This document shows, piece after piece, positions 63,005-64,000 of a stretch of 64,000 nt of DNA. Made by a program: the position numbers and the translations under genes. The stretch comes from Balanoglossus misakiensis (lineage: Eukaryota; Animalia; Hemichordata), in contig CM082580.2 of the NCBI GenBank assembly GCA_040954595.2, positions 62,001-126,000 of the forward strand, given 5' to 3'. Within the stretch, counting starts at the first letter, position 1, and each line of letters begins with the position of its first letter. The notes under the pieces were generated by a model that worked only from the letters and a program-made list of their open reading frames with translations, was not told where the DNA came from and did no database searches.

Positions 63005-63813
63005 GTATAAGGTGATTTGGATGACCTCTGTCATAGAGTGCCATATCTCATCCCGTTGTACAGGTGCATCTTTGGTATTTGGAGGGATGAAACTATCATG
63101 AAATGCCAAATACAGGGGGATACCTTTGACACCTGCTTGATTCATGTATTACGTGCATACCTAATGTTAGGCAAAGTGAAAGGGCTGCAAATGTAGGATT
63201 TGTTGCACAAGACATAAACAGGAATGAAATTTTTCTGTCAAATTTTTGAATGACCTCAGGTGTCCATTGACCTGCTTTCCATATGTTAGCATGCACATCA
63301 TATATAGCCACGTGTTTGGAGGGGTAGGGTAGGACCGTCATGAAATGCTAAATTCCTAGGGCCACCTGTAACTTACTTGCGTAACTCATTATTATGGCCA
63401 TACCTAATTTTAAAAACCCAAAGGGCGAGAATTTTCCGTTGTCTTGAATATGAACCAAATAGGAATCCAAATTTTTGGCCCAATTTTTGGGTACCCTCAG
63501 CTGACCTTTGAAGTACTTAACTGAAGTCCTTACATAACGTAGAAGTTCACTTGTGGTTGTTGTGTTTGTACTTGTAGGACATCCATTTCGGGTGGTTGCC
63601 TACTTCCCCATATCTCCACATCCAGAGCAAATACAGCCTACGCAATTGAATGGTACAACCCTGAATGGAGTCTAATGGTTATTATCTCTATGCTTGGGCC
63701 CATTCAATGCTGCTTGTAGCTTTAATTATTACTATTATTATTGTCACGATATAAAGACACCAACTAAAAACTTACAAAATCACAATGTCTTCACAACTCA
63801 AAATTTCACTCAC

Positions 63814-63969
63814 TTCTTTTAGTTTGGTAGCCACCCCTCCTTTCTGTCCTAGCATAACAGGAGCACCATCACTGCCCAAAGCAGACAGACGATCTCTTAA
63901 GACAATACCATTCTCTGAAGAAAACTCTTTCACTGACTGTGCAATGGTGTCTGCTCTGCCATCACCAAC
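63814..63969 (-). CDS. Single internal exon of a hAT-family transposase (ZNF862-like)
   Basis: TTTTAG|..|GTGAGT, 52 codons, phase 0-0, no stop: VGDGRADTIAQSVKEFSSENGIVLRDRLSALGSDGAPVMLGQKGGVATKLKE. SDGAxVMxGxKxGV is the catalytic-Asp motif of this hAT group. Not in the ORF track. Confidence 0.8.
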
Positions 63970-64000
63970 CTAAAACAGTGAAAATAAAACCTTGATGTTA

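Larger units (their letters stand above)
58304..63724 (+). mobile_element. HINE (Helentron-type non-autonomous element) carrying nested LINE fragments
   Basis: 5' TTTA then hairpin GGGGACCAAG..CTTGGTCCCC (58308-58339) and a (TTC)-rich tract. Diverged internal repeats occur at ~58710-58880 / 61445-61610 and at ~61720, 61950, 63060 and 63300. The 3' end has subTIR GCTTGGGCCC (63692-63701), hairpin GCTGC-tt-GTAGC (63709-63720) and a T/(ATT) tract. The two ends could belong to different copies. Confidence 0.6.

Overview
This is repeat-dominated eukaryotic (metazoan, probably marine-invertebrate) DNA with no intact host gene, rRNA, tRNA or CRISPR array. 1-9.1 kb holds decayed or non-autonomous DNA elements: a fold-back element, a Helentron-type HINE, a PIF/Harbinger MITE and an Academ-like element. 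9138-14025 is a young full-length Ty3/Gypsy (Mag-like) LTR retrotransposon with one frameshift in gag. 14.0-25.1 kb is the most unusual part. It contains a spliced OB-fold (ssDNA-binding-like) gene present only as four partial copies in alternating orientation, arranged around a 3x tandem ~2.07-kb divergent-promoter cassette whose junctions record template switching. A GC-rich TatD-associated-like fragment and a 4-bp-TSD TIR element flank it. 26092-53812 is a 27.7-kb array of a 78-79-bp satellite with nested higher-order repeats; all ORFs called there are artefacts. 54-64 kb holds Kolobok-type MITEs, a HINE carrying nested RTE-X and L2 LINE fragments, and one exon of a hAT-type transposase. 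Family assignments come from motif recognition by eye; no database search was run.
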